This document shows positions 47,336 through 56,975 of a stretch of 64,000 nt of DNA, piece after piece (the stretch's first letter is position 1; each line of letters starts with the position of its first letter). The notes below the pieces were generated by a model, which saw nothing but the letters and a program-made list of their open reading frames with translations, made no database searches and was not told the origin of the DNA. The position numbers and the translations under genes are program-made. Origin of the DNA: Candidatus Falkowbacteria bacterium (GTDB lineage Bacteria > Patescibacteriota > Patescibacteriia > Patescibacteriales > UBA12075); NCBI GenBank assembly GCA_003514005.1, contig DOSJ01000022.1:13804-77803 (forward strand), read 5' to 3'.

Positions 47336-48214
47336 CTACGAGAAAAAATTAAAGGCTTTTTTATAAATTTCCTTATGGTGATCGATACCAAACTTAGGAA
47401 CACCTTTCTCAGTATCCCAGACAAAAATATCATCAGCATCACTACCGGCTTGGAACATCTTCTTTAAAAGCTCTTCTGACAATACCCCTTCGTAAGGAAT
47501 AACGGCAGTAATCGCAGTTGTTTCATTAACCCTTTTTTTATTCAGGTGTTTGATTTTTTCATCTTCACCCGTTACAAATTCGCCAAGGGAGAAAAGTTCA
47601 GTATTGATGATCCTACCCCCAAGCTGAATCACAACTCTTTTGTTCATTAAGTTCGGATTGTCCATATCTTCAGTTGTAACTGGCAATATTTTTATCGCCG
47701 CTTCATCCAGTGATTCATGGAGCAAAGCTTCAAACGGTGTCTGAAATTTATAACCAACAACATCACGATGACCGCCGATAAATGCTGGTTTCCCTTTCCC
47801 AGGATCATCTTTGCGGATAATACCGACAAAAAAAGTTTTCAAATTAATATCCTCAAAAAACGGAACAAAATCAACAGTCAGCACCGGCAATGGATACTCG
47901 ATGTTTCCCATTAATGCTATGTAATAATAATCATAATTATCACCTTCTCGGCTTTTAACAACCGATATTACATCTCCATAAGGTCCGAATAGCCCCCAAT
48001 AATTATAATGCGGAGTTATTAATTTTTCCACATACGCTAATTCCGCCTCAGGCGTTCTGTCATCCGATTTTTTGCAATCAATATAATTCATAAAAAAATC
48101 CTCTGGTCTCACACTTATTCTGTCTTTTGCAAGACTCTTTATCTCTTCATTATTATGAACGTGCGTTACAGAGATAATTTTCCCCATTTTTCCAAACACC
48201 AAATAATGAAACAT
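47336..48214 (-). CDS. hypothetical protein with degenerate Nudix-like segment
   Basis: 292-aa ORF. GGHRDVVGYKFQTPFEALLHESLDEAAI loosely resembles a Nudix box. Confidence 0.3.
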   Translation of the reverse strand: MFHYLVFGKMGKIISVTHVHNNEEIKSLAKDRISVRPEDFFMNYIDCKKSDDRTPEAELAYVEKLITPHYNYWGLFGPYGDVISVVKSREGDNYDYYYIALMGNIEYPLPVLTVDFVPFFEDINLKTFFVGIIRKDDPGKGKPAFIGGHRDVVGYKFQTPFEALLHESLDEAAIKILPVTTEDMDNPNLMNKRVVIQLGGRIINTELFSLGEFVTGEDEKIKHLNKKRVNETTAITAVIPYEGVLSEELLKKMFQAGSDADDIFVWDTEKGVPKFGIDHHKEIYKKAFNFFS

Positions 48215-48223
48215 GCTTCCTCC

Positions 48224-48676
48224 TTATCGTTTTTTAGTTAATCTTGATTTTCTCAAAACATCATTAACAATTCGATTATTATTTTTCCAAACCTTTTTTC
48301 GTATCCGCTTCGTCTGCTTTTTACTCTTGCCAAATATACCAAGCTCATTTTCATCCACTATTTTCGGTAATTCATCAATCCTAAATGTCTTCATGATTGG
48401 AAAGATGTCATCCGCAATGCAATTGAATAAATCCAAATCATTCTCTACGTCTCCAAAAACGATACTGCCTGGTCTGAGAACTGGATTAGCACCTGCCCCT
48501 ATTACCAAAATTCCAGAACAATGTCCGATTGAGCTTGTCATCAACTTTTCTTCTTCGCATTTACTTTTGACGAATTCAACAATCCCGCGTATATCGTCTT
48601 CGGTTAATAAAAAATACTGATCCAAAGCGCAATGTTTGTATCGCTCTAAAATTTCATCAACAATCCGATCGTTCAT
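48224..48676 (-). CDS. hypothetical protein with basic C-terminal tail
   Basis: 150-aa ORF, C-terminal KKQTKRIRKKVWKNNNRIV. Confidence 0.3.
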   Translation of the reverse strand: MNDRIVDEILERYKHCALDQYFLLTEDDIRGIVEFVKSKCEEEKLMTSSIGHCSGILVIGAGANPVLRPGSIVFGDVENDLDLFNCIADDIFPIMKTFRIDELPKIVDENELGIFGKSKKQTKRIRKKVWKNNNRIVNDVLRKSRLTKKR

Positions 48677-48714
48677 ATTCGCTCCTTTGTCATTTAGATA
48701 ATTTATTTTAATTT

Positions 48715-48816
48715 AAAGATCGTCCGGCTTATTTAGTTTTTTAAATAAGCCGAGAAAGCTTTATCCAAATTAGCTTTGGGTAAAATTTTCTTTGGGCAGT
48801 AGTGAGTTTTTTTTCA
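48715..48816. repeat. about 110-bp direct repeat copy 2 (two hairpins)
   Basis: Same two hairpins as copy 1. Together the copies bracket the 47336-48676 two-gene unit. Confidence 0.9.
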
Positions 48817-48994
48817 CTACTGCCCGACTATTACTACATGCAGAGTATTACACATTCTTGGTCCGGTATTCCGGAGCTTAAGACTCTATCAAACTGCAAA
48901 TCAAATGTAGAAGAAAAGTTTTCTGAATCAGTTAAAACAAATCTTTTATCTGAATCAACAATCTTCGGTACTATTTCCTCGACAATCTCAATCT

Positions 48995-50755
48995 TTATGC
49001 CACCATTTTTTTTGTGCATAATCGCTCCTTTGGATCAGTTAAATTTAATGATTCTATTTCTTTTTTCATTTCCTTATACACATGTTTTTTTAATTCAAGA
49101 AAAAATTCCAGTGTGTTGAAATGCGGAATATTACTTCCGATATTCCTGTGGCAACGCAAAGGCAGTACATCATCATCTGCTGTAAACCCTAGTCTTTCGT
49201 CAATTAACCGTGCAGACAAATACACTCTGCGTGCCGCCTGAAAAAGCTCCTCTTCGTTTATTTCGCCATATACTTGCTCATACAAACCGGCAATGGCGCC
49301 GAGGCTGGGCTTGGCAAATTTGCAAAGGCCAATCAGATCATACAAGATAATATTGCTACCGCGTTTGCAATTTTCCGCCCATTCTTCCAGACTGTTTTCC
49401 GCGTCCGGATACCACGCACGATTGTAGGTGTCCATGCTCATGTGTAGGCCGGCAACCGCAAAGGCATAACCGGGATTCACATTCCCTAAATAGCCAGGGA
49501 GTTCCAGGCCTTTTACATGCAGGGCATACGAATGGTCATAACCGCTAACCCGCATAACACCTTCACTCAAAGTGTCCTTTCCCTCTCCGATTTTTTTTGC
49601 CAATGAATAAGCATACGCAAAATCGCCGAAACGATTATCTCTTTCCATGGCAAACGCAATCGCGCCGCCAAGTGAAATCGTGTCCATGCCCATCTCATCG
49701 CCAATTGTTATCAACTGCATAATTTGCCGCAGATCAAATATTCCGATATTCGGCCCGAGCAGAGCGCCCGGCTCATAATCAATCTTGCCCAGGATATTTT
49801 CCTTTTCACAAACCTCTTTCCAGCACTTAATCGTACAACCGGTGCAACCCTTGGTTTTTACTGTTAGGCCGTCTTCTGCCACTTTCTCGGAATAAAGCTT
49901 TTCCACTCTTTCCCTATACAAAGGTGTATTGGATTTTGTGAAGTTATCAAACAACCCAAGACCCAATAATGGCAGCCCCTCTATATTCGAAGCAAAAGTT
50001 CCTTTTTCAGTATATTTTTTTGATTTTGGCGAAGCAACAATCTCTTTGTTAATCGCCTTGGCATCAAGCTTGTGCTTCCCTCCTCCACGCTTGACTACAA
50101 TTCCCAGTAAATTTTTACTGCCCAAAACAGCACCAAATCCACCTCGGCCAAGAAAGCGCATATGACCGCTTTTACCTTTGATATCGTCGCTTGTACTAAT
50201 AGCGACATTGGCAAAACGCACTTTGTTTTCTCCGGCTGTTCCGATAACAGCAAACGCCGCGTTTTGATAAATTTCAGACAGAACCCGAATTTTATCTTTT
50301 GTTGTTTTGCCGATTAATCCTTTTGCCGGTAAAATCCTGACACCATCTTCACCTATCTCCAGAAACATCGGCTCGTTCGCCTTGCCTGTGATAAGCAAGG
50401 AATCAATGCCCGTACTTTTTAAATACGGACCAAAATCACCACTGGCTGCGGAATAATAGATTCCGTTACTGCCACTGCGACTGGTTTTTAAGGGACTGAG
50501 TCCGCTTAAAAAAACGCGACGAGCAGATATCACCGAACTTCCGGTAATAAATCCCAGATCAAACGACAGCATACTTCTTGTGTCATAAGCATCGTCCAAA
50601 TCAGAATGATTAAAAAGTTGCTGACCCACAGCATTTATCCCCCTGGAAACACCACCAAGCCTTTCTTCAACTGACGTGTTTTTCAAATCAACATCTGTTC
50701 TTTTAATATTTCCGGAACACAAGTTGATTGCTATGCGCTGATAACCATCCATCAC
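48995..50755 (-). CDS. aldehyde:ferredoxin oxidoreductase family protein
   Basis: About 590 aa, N-terminal AOR_N-like region, Gly-rich GRGGFGAVLGSKNL motif and C-terminal domain typical of tungsten/molybdopterin AORs. Confidence 0.65.
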   Translation of the reverse strand: MMDGYQRIAINLCSGNIKRTDVDLKNTSVEERLGGVSRGINAVGQQLFNHSDLDDAYDTRSMLSFDLGFITGSSVISARRVFLSGLSPLKTSRSGSNGIYYSAASGDFGPYLKSTGIDSLLITGKANEPMFLEIGEDGVRILPAKGLIGKTTKDKIRVLSEIYQNAAFAVIGTAGENKVRFANVAISTSDDIKGKSGHMRFLGRGGFGAVLGSKNLLGIVVKRGGGKHKLDAKAINKEIVASPKSKKYTEKGTFASNIEGLPLLGLGLFDNFTKSNTPLYRERVEKLYSEKVAEDGLTVKTKGCTGCTIKCWKEVCEKENILGKIDYEPGALLGPNIGIFDLRQIMQLITIGDEMGMDTISLGGAIAFAMERDNRFGDFAYAYSLAKKIGEGKDTLSEGVMRVSGYDHSYALHVKGLELPGYLGNVNPGYAFAVAGLHMSMDTYNRAWYPDAENSLEEWAENCKRGSNIILYDLIGLCKFAKPSLGAIAGLYEQVYGEINEEELFQAARRVYLSARLIDERLGFTADDDVLPLRCHRNIGSNIPHFNTLEFFLELKKHVYKEMKKEIESLNLTDPKERLCTKKMVA

Positions 50756-50939
50756 ATTCTCCTTTATAATTTTGTTTTTCTTATATTATTTAAAGATCCA
50801 GACCTCAAACAAAACCGCTTAAGGCCAAAAATTTTTCTCTAAAGTTATTTAGGGAAAAGTTTTTTAAGAAAATACGAGAAAGGTTTAATAGTTTTTTTAT
50901 TAAACCTTTCTCGTTAATATTTTTTTCGATTTTCAATTA

Positions 50940-51698
50940 CTAATACTTAAAACTAAAAACATCTTCTGAGGTTGTAAATTTTGCTCCGGCTTTTGCCATT
51001 CGTGCCAATGCCTTTATGCCAAACCCCATATCCACGTTACCTTCAAAATCAATATTTACCTCCTCAATTGCATCCGTAACAACATATACATCAAAATCAA
51101 GATTATATTTTTTCTTGATTGCCAGCATCGCAAGTACAGCCGCAAGAACGCAATAGTCGGTCGCAAAACCGTAAACAATCATTATTCTAAGACCCTGTTC
51201 AACAAACATCTTGAAAGCCATTTCAAAATTCGGATTTGTCGCAACATCATATGTTTGTTTTTCAAAAATCAATTGCATTCCAGAGTTAATAAACATCTGT
51301 ATTTCTGCCATCGTATAAATCCGTGTGCCAAGCAAGGGACCTTCTTTTGACTTGATATAAATATCTTTTTGAGGTTCAAGAAAATCAAGCCTCAATTGCC
51401 CTTTGGTTCCATTCATTGCATGATCAATAAACGAGCCGCCTTTATTTCTGATCAATTCAGCATCTTCGTAAAAATGCCGATCAACAGAACCAAATATTGA
51501 CCAACCATTTGCCTGAGCAAACTCATGTATACTACAAATTATCGGAAGAACGGCTTCAGCGCCGTAATATCCCGGCTTTTTTACTTTTTGTCCATAAACA
51601 AAAAGTTCACCATTTCTAAATGAAAAACATCCTTGCACATCTGTTTCGTATGCCCCAATATGAAAAATTGCCATTTTTTTTCCTTTCATTTTTGTCAA
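50940..51698 (-). CDS. isochorismatase-family hydrolase (nicotinamidase-like)
   Basis: Catalytic-region pattern MIVYGFATDYCVLAAVLA with conserved Cys. NAD-salvage neighbourhood. Confidence 0.6.
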   Translation of the reverse strand: MTKMKGKKMAIFHIGAYETDVQGCFSFRNGELFVYGQKVKKPGYYGAEAVLPIICSIHEFAQANGWSIFGSVDRHFYEDAELIRNKGGSFIDHAMNGTKGQLRLDFLEPQKDIYIKSKEGPLLGTRIYTMAEIQMFINSGMQLIFEKQTYDVATNPNFEMAFKMFVEQGLRIMIVYGFATDYCVLAAVLAMLAIKKKYNLDFDVYVVTDAIEEVNIDFEGNVDMGFGIKALARMAKAGAKFTTSEDVFSFKY

Positions 51699-51704
51699 AA
51701 CACG

Positions 51705-52331
51705 TTAACTTTTCCACTCATACCCTTTCCACCCATACAATTTATCCCAAACAATAACGCGAGCCACATCCTCGCATACCATATCACAGAAGCTTTCATC
51801 ACCGGCTTTTATCCGTCTCCGAATTTCCGTACTAGAGCCGAATATTCCTTCTAGTGGCAGGTAGACACTACCAAAAGGTAAATCATCAGGTTCATATTCT
51901 TTGCACGGACGTCCGCCGACTAAAAAATGCAATTGATTGTAGTCGGTTTCTTTTCTCGCCCAATGCTTGTGAATATACGAACTTCCTTTTGCGCCGCCGG
52001 CAATAATTTCTGCTCCGACAAAATGAAGAACTTTGCCCTGTTTAGAATATATATCACCCAAAACATGCGTTGGTCGGAAACAATTTTTTTCCAAATCATA
52101 CACATCAATCTCTATAAGGCCGTCTTCTTCCAGCTGTCCGAACGCGCTGTAAACCATTTCAATGCGTTGGTCTAAAGTGGTTCCTTGACTGGGCTTATCC
52201 TTTCTCGGTCCGCAAGGAACTACAATGATCCGCGCGTTGTTAAAACGATTGCAAATCCGCTCAAGTACTTGAACGTGGTGATTCCCCGGCGGATCGAATG
52301 AACCGCCAACTAAAATTATTCCTTGTAACAT
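51705..52331 (-). CDS. NMN/NaMN adenylyltransferase-like cytidylyltransferase
   Basis: N-terminal GGSFDPPGNHH (GxFxPxHxxH) motif. Confidence 0.6.
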   Translation of the reverse strand: MLQGIILVGGSFDPPGNHHVQVLERICNRFNNARIIVVPCGPRKDKPSQGTTLDQRIEMVYSAFGQLEEDGLIEIDVYDLEKNCFRPTHVLGDIYSKQGKVLHFVGAEIIAGGAKGSSYIHKHWARKETDYNQLHFLVGGRPCKEYEPDDLPFGSVYLPLEGIFGSSTEIRRRIKAGDESFCDMVCEDVARVIVWDKLYGWKGYEWKS

Positions 52332-52357
52332 ATCAAACCTCCCTATTCAATTTAATT

Positions 52358-53422
52358 TCACAGTCCAAGACTGTCGCAAAAATCCGAAGCCGTTTTCTCA
52401 ACTTCTTCCCTGTTCCATAATCCATCCAAAAGATATTTGGGAATTATCTTGGTGCCATTGTATGCGCCGAGCAAAGACCCGACCATCGCGCCGTTCGTAT
52501 CCGTATCGCCACCGGCATTTATCGTCTCAAAAAGCGTTTCAATACTGTATGAATTCCGCAAAAACATAGCATAGGTAAAAGGCAACGAATTATATACATA
52601 GCAAGTTGCGCCGTCGGTTGCAGACAATAACTCATCAACGGTCATTTTCATATAAGCATCATCCTGAAAAAGATTTTTAAAGCGCTCACTAAGCTTATCG
52701 ATCATGCCATCGTTTATTAAATAAGCCTCTCCTTTTTCTGCGGCATTTATAACCATTGCAGTAAAATAATTATTCACAGAGCCAAGGTCTAAATATGTAT
52801 CAAAACAAGTAAGAACAGCTCCGACTTGCGCAAAACCGGAGGCAATACCCATGCGCGTACAATGAGTCATTTGAGCGATTTCTGCAATGCAATCTAAATA
52901 TATATCTTCGCGTTTAGAAACAAATTCTTTATACTCACAATATTCCAGACTTTTAGCCGCATTTTCTATTTCTTCTGCGAATACAGCTCCCACCGGTGCG
53001 ATTTTCATGGAGATGCCGTTACCCGCGCCTGTCGGATTACCCATCTCAGAAATATTACAATTCGGATAAACACCTTTAATCCTTTTTAATGATTCAATCG
53101 TGCTTCCACCCCAACCGGCAGTGCTTCGTTCCATTTCTTTGACATGTTCAAGAAAAACATGTTCGATAGTAAATGATTTTTCGATAATATACGCCCGTGC
53201 GATTGCTAAAGTTAATTGCGTGTCATCCGTCCATTGTCCTTTCACAAAACCTTTGCACCATTTATGGTCCGGACGCGCAGGCAGATAGTCCCGGATATAA
53301 CCGAAAGGTTCTTGAATTTCTTTTTTGGTTAATACTTCAACCGGCATACCTAGGGCATCGCCGATTGCTCCCAGCAAAAACATCGCCATAATCTTGTCGC
53401 GCATAATTTCTTTATGCTCCAT
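52358..53422 (-). CDS. ADP-ribosylglycohydrolase family protein
   Basis: N-terminal GAIGDALGMPVE motif and length typical of DraG/ARH-type enzymes. Confidence 0.8.
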   Translation of the reverse strand: MEHKEIMRDKIMAMFLLGAIGDALGMPVEVLTKKEIQEPFGYIRDYLPARPDHKWCKGFVKGQWTDDTQLTLAIARAYIIEKSFTIEHVFLEHVKEMERSTAGWGGSTIESLKRIKGVYPNCNISEMGNPTGAGNGISMKIAPVGAVFAEEIENAAKSLEYCEYKEFVSKREDIYLDCIAEIAQMTHCTRMGIASGFAQVGAVLTCFDTYLDLGSVNNYFTAMVINAAEKGEAYLINDGMIDKLSERFKNLFQDDAYMKMTVDELLSATDGATCYVYNSLPFTYAMFLRNSYSIETLFETINAGGDTDTNGAMVGSLLGAYNGTKIIPKYLLDGLWNREEVEKTASDFCDSLGL

Positions 53423-53710
53423 TGCCTCCTCCTTTTTAGCTTATTGTTTTTATCAAAGATCAATGCCCGAAAAAACTTTTTCAGACAATAATTAATGATA
53501 AAAATCCTTTTAAATTAGCATAATTCTATTATTTTGTCAAGATTGCAATATTTACTTAGTGTATATATAACACTATATTATACTTATTTTATTTTCTTGT
53601 CAAGAAAAAAGAAACTCATTATTATTTTTACTAATATTAAATATTTTTTGTAAATAAAAACTCTATAACCTTTTTTAGGAGGTTATAGAGTTAATGGGGT
53701 TAATTGGTTT

Positions 53711-55807
53711 TTAATTATCCACCGGTTTACATTCATAAAAAATAATTTCATCATCACCACAAATTTCAATATATTGGTAGATGAAAAAATATTTTTTATT
53801 ATTTAAAAGAACAACTGTGTCCCTGGAGTAATGGTCCAAGACATCTGCCTGATTCCCGGTTTGTCGAAGCTGTATTATTAAACACTCGACTGGGTTTAAA
53901 TAACGAAAGATTCGCGTTCTAGCTAATTCTCTTTTATTCTCCACAAGACAAACTCTGACAACTCCTTTAACAAATTCAACAACCGGCTTAGCGTAAGCGT
54001 TTTGCAATTCAGAAAATGACAGTATTTTAAGAACACCGGACGCGGCATACTTCAAAAAAATTTGGTAATCTGAATGTTTTACGGAACTGCGTAAAATCTC
54101 GCCCCAGCTTAAATCTTCGTAACCCTCCCCCTCTTTTCCAAATACGGTTTTTTGATTAAAAACATCTGACTCAGGAAAAATTTTTCTAATACCCGGATTA
54201 CTGGAAGCGATTCCTATGACATCGGACATTCCCGGCATCATTGCAAAATGCATCTTCATTTCATCTGCTGTACGATAAAAAGGTGTAAGAAAAATACTAA
54301 AATGATTCAATGTAAATCCCTTATCAAAGAGCGACTGTGCTACCATTTTTGCTACCAACCATTTTGGAATCGGATCCCTGTCGGTCAAGGTATAGCTTCG
54401 TTGGATTGATATTGCTACATGATAACCGATATTGATTAATCGAGAAATATACTCGATATGACCACGATGCGGAATGCCCATTCTTGCGGGAAATAGCAAT
54501 GAATTAATTTTTTTCTCGCAAACTATTTTTCTTGTTGATGGTTTTGATTTTGTTAATGAGCTATCCGTTTTTAATGTCTGGATAATTTCATAAATTGTCG
54601 GGCGCTCTTTTGGGTTTTTTGCCAACATTCTCGCTATCAACATAATTCGCTTATCACTATTTGCATTTAATTTTTTTTCCTCAAAAGAAAGAGAAACGAT
54701 CGGCCAAAAATATTTTAGTATTTCACTTTCCCGATTATCAGTTTCCTGAATATTCGGATTTACCATAAACGGGTGTTCACCGGTCAACAGTTCATAGAAA
54801 ATCATACCTAATTGAAAGACGTCAGAAGCATAGCTTGCTCTCAGACATCTGCCTTCTTCCGGTGAACCATAACGCGGACTAGCTAAATATACATCAGCTT
54901 TATTCCCATCAGTTATGCGCGATACGCCAAAATCAATCAATTCAATTTCGTCTTCACCACAAATACAATGCTCGGGCTTTAAATCGTGATACAAAATGCA
55001 GGCTTCGTGCATTTCTTTTATTTTCTCTGCAATTTTCAAAATTTGCGCGCTGGCTTCATCAAACGAAACGCAATCGCCTTTGGTTATTTTCTCAGAAAGT
55101 GGTTGTCCAAACTTGTAGGCTGTTTTTAAAAAAATTATCCCCTGGCCAATATCCACCTTGCCATAATACCCATGCGCGTATCCGCGGTCAGATAACTCTT
55201 CATAAATTTCATCTTCATTGTTAAAGAATTTTCCAAGACGACTCTGCTTATAATCAATCATCTCCTTAAATATTTTTACAATTCCATCTGAATCAAACAC
55301 CAGATAAACAAAACTGGAACGACGAATTTCGTTTACACCACTTTGAATTTTTCTTAAAATCTTAATGCCGTTTTTTTTGCAGTATTCACGAAACAAATTA
55401 TCAATATTCGGCTGTAACAATTTTATTTTTCTCTTTGCCAATATGCTTACTTCCCACATATCATATTCAGAAAAAATCAAATCAGAAACATCTTCTTTTT
55501 CTCCAATTTTCATCAACATTTTAACTGCAGGAATGTTTTTATAAAGCTTAACTAGTCGAAATAATTCAATTAAAGCATTGTAATTTTTTGCTTTTTGAAA
55601 ATATTGAATGGCATATATAGCATTTTCAGCATCAAGATTAAAACATGCCATGTGCGCTTCGGCCAACAGATTAAATGCGATATTTTTTTCTTCTTTGGCA
55701 AATTTAATTCTACGAAATGCGTTACGCAAATTAACAAGCGATAATGCGTTTTCAGAGCTTAAAGCTTTGACAATAATTTTTTCCATTGCCACCTTCTTAT
55801 TAATCAT
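53711..55807 (-). CDS. Ser/Thr protein kinase fused to C-terminal NMNAT-like nucleotidyltransferase domain
   Basis: Kinase catalytic loop YHDLKPEH and DFG (LIDFGVS). C-terminal LLFPARMGIPHRGHIEYI...DPIPKW matches the archaeal-type NMNAT/cytidylyltransferase HxGH signature. Confidence 0.65.
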   Translation of the reverse strand: MINKKVAMEKIIVKALSSENALSLVNLRNAFRRIKFAKEEKNIAFNLLAEAHMACFNLDAENAIYAIQYFQKAKNYNALIELFRLVKLYKNIPAVKMLMKIGEKEDVSDLIFSEYDMWEVSILAKRKIKLLQPNIDNLFREYCKKNGIKILRKIQSGVNEIRRSSFVYLVFDSDGIVKIFKEMIDYKQSRLGKFFNNEDEIYEELSDRGYAHGYYGKVDIGQGIIFLKTAYKFGQPLSEKITKGDCVSFDEASAQILKIAEKIKEMHEACILYHDLKPEHCICGEDEIELIDFGVSRITDGNKADVYLASPRYGSPEEGRCLRASYASDVFQLGMIFYELLTGEHPFMVNPNIQETDNRESEILKYFWPIVSLSFEEKKLNANSDKRIMLIARMLAKNPKERPTIYEIIQTLKTDSSLTKSKPSTRKIVCEKKINSLLFPARMGIPHRGHIEYISRLINIGYHVAISIQRSYTLTDRDPIPKWLVAKMVAQSLFDKGFTLNHFSIFLTPFYRTADEMKMHFAMMPGMSDVIGIASSNPGIRKIFPESDVFNQKTVFGKEGEGYEDLSWGEILRSSVKHSDYQIFLKYAASGVLKILSFSELQNAYAKPVVEFVKGVVRVCLVENKRELARTRIFRYLNPVECLIIQLRQTGNQADVLDHYSRDTVVLLNNKKYFFIYQYIEICGDDEIIFYECKPVDN

Positions 55808-55884
55808 TTACTCACCTCCTCTCATTTAAAAAAAATGGCTCCAACTTAACGTAGGAGCCATTACTAATTTTCAAGAACATACTG

Positions 55885-56943
55885 TCATACGAAGATTTTA
55901 TCCATCATCCGATCTTTTTCTTCTTCAGAAATATCCAAATATTTTGCAAATCGTTTTATAGCTGCACGGGCGTTTATATCTGTATTCTCACCAAAAACCG
56001 GGTCGCTAAGCCATTTTTCATACAGCGAGCTTAAAAATAACTCTACTGCTTGCAGGCCGCGATGTCTGGCAACCAGAAATAAAATAGCATTGGCAACAAT
56101 TCCAAGCCGATGTCTATGTTCTCTGATTCCTGAAAGATCAATAAAATCAAATGCAACCTTATCAGGAGAAAGAAACTGCTTTTGTAATTCACCGACTTTT
56201 GGTAAATCACCGCAACCAACAACTTCAAAGGTTGTAAATGTTTCCATTACCTTTTTCACTGAATCACGCCAATTGCGTTGATTTGGACAACCGTTATCCG
56301 AATCCATTCCCATACCGTGCGCAACAACATCGCTGACAAGGTAAAGATGCTTTTCGGTAACATCTCCAAAATCAATATTACAGACATCCCACAATACACA
56401 TTCAATGGCTTCAGCGGCATCACCACCATCGGCTGGAAAAATATTTTTTACAGTTGAAAAAAGTATTTTATCGCCGGTTTTATCCGGAGAAATAAAATCT
56501 ACAACTTGTGAAATTCTAATTCCATCGCAATGGTCCGAAAAATAATTAAAAGCAAACTGGGATTCGGGATCAATTACATTTAATACCGCTGACAAATAAC
56601 CGGATCCCTCTCTTAAATTCGCGGCAATTGCTTTATTCGAGCCGGAGTTATCAATCAAGATAATATGCACACGCCTTATTCCTTTTGCCGGATGAGTAAA
56701 GCCAAGCTTAACCAGATTTTCATCATAAAGTTCCTCGGTTTTTCTTTCTTCTCTGGCTTTTTTTTCTCCTGTTGTTGCGCGAGCATTCCGAATTCTTTCG
56801 GCATAATCATCATCGGCCTTCTTCCTTGTTCCTTCATCTGAGGAATGCCTTTTTGATGAACTTCTAAAACTACTGCTATAACTTTCATATGTATTTCCCG
56901 ACATCTTCTTGTCTCCTTTTTCTGAAAAAAAATTGAGGGGCAA
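55885..56943 (-). CDS. von Willebrand factor A (TerY-like) domain protein
   Basis: MIDAS DNSGS (DxSxS), Ser-rich low-complexity N-terminus, additional C-terminal helical region. Confidence 0.65.
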   Translation of the reverse strand: MPLNFFSEKGDKKMSGNTYESYSSSFRSSSKRHSSDEGTRKKADDDYAERIRNARATTGEKKAREERKTEELYDENLVKLGFTHPAKGIRRVHIILIDNSGSNKAIAANLREGSGYLSAVLNVIDPESQFAFNYFSDHCDGIRISQVVDFISPDKTGDKILFSTVKNIFPADGGDAAEAIECVLWDVCNIDFGDVTEKHLYLVSDVVAHGMGMDSDNGCPNQRNWRDSVKKVMETFTTFEVVGCGDLPKVGELQKQFLSPDKVAFDFIDLSGIREHRHRLGIVANAILFLVARHRGLQAVELFLSSLYEKWLSDPVFGENTDINARAAIKRFAKYLDISEEEKDRMMDKIFV

Positions 56944-56975
56944 ATTGGTTTTGCCCCTCGAGGTTAAGGTTGATA

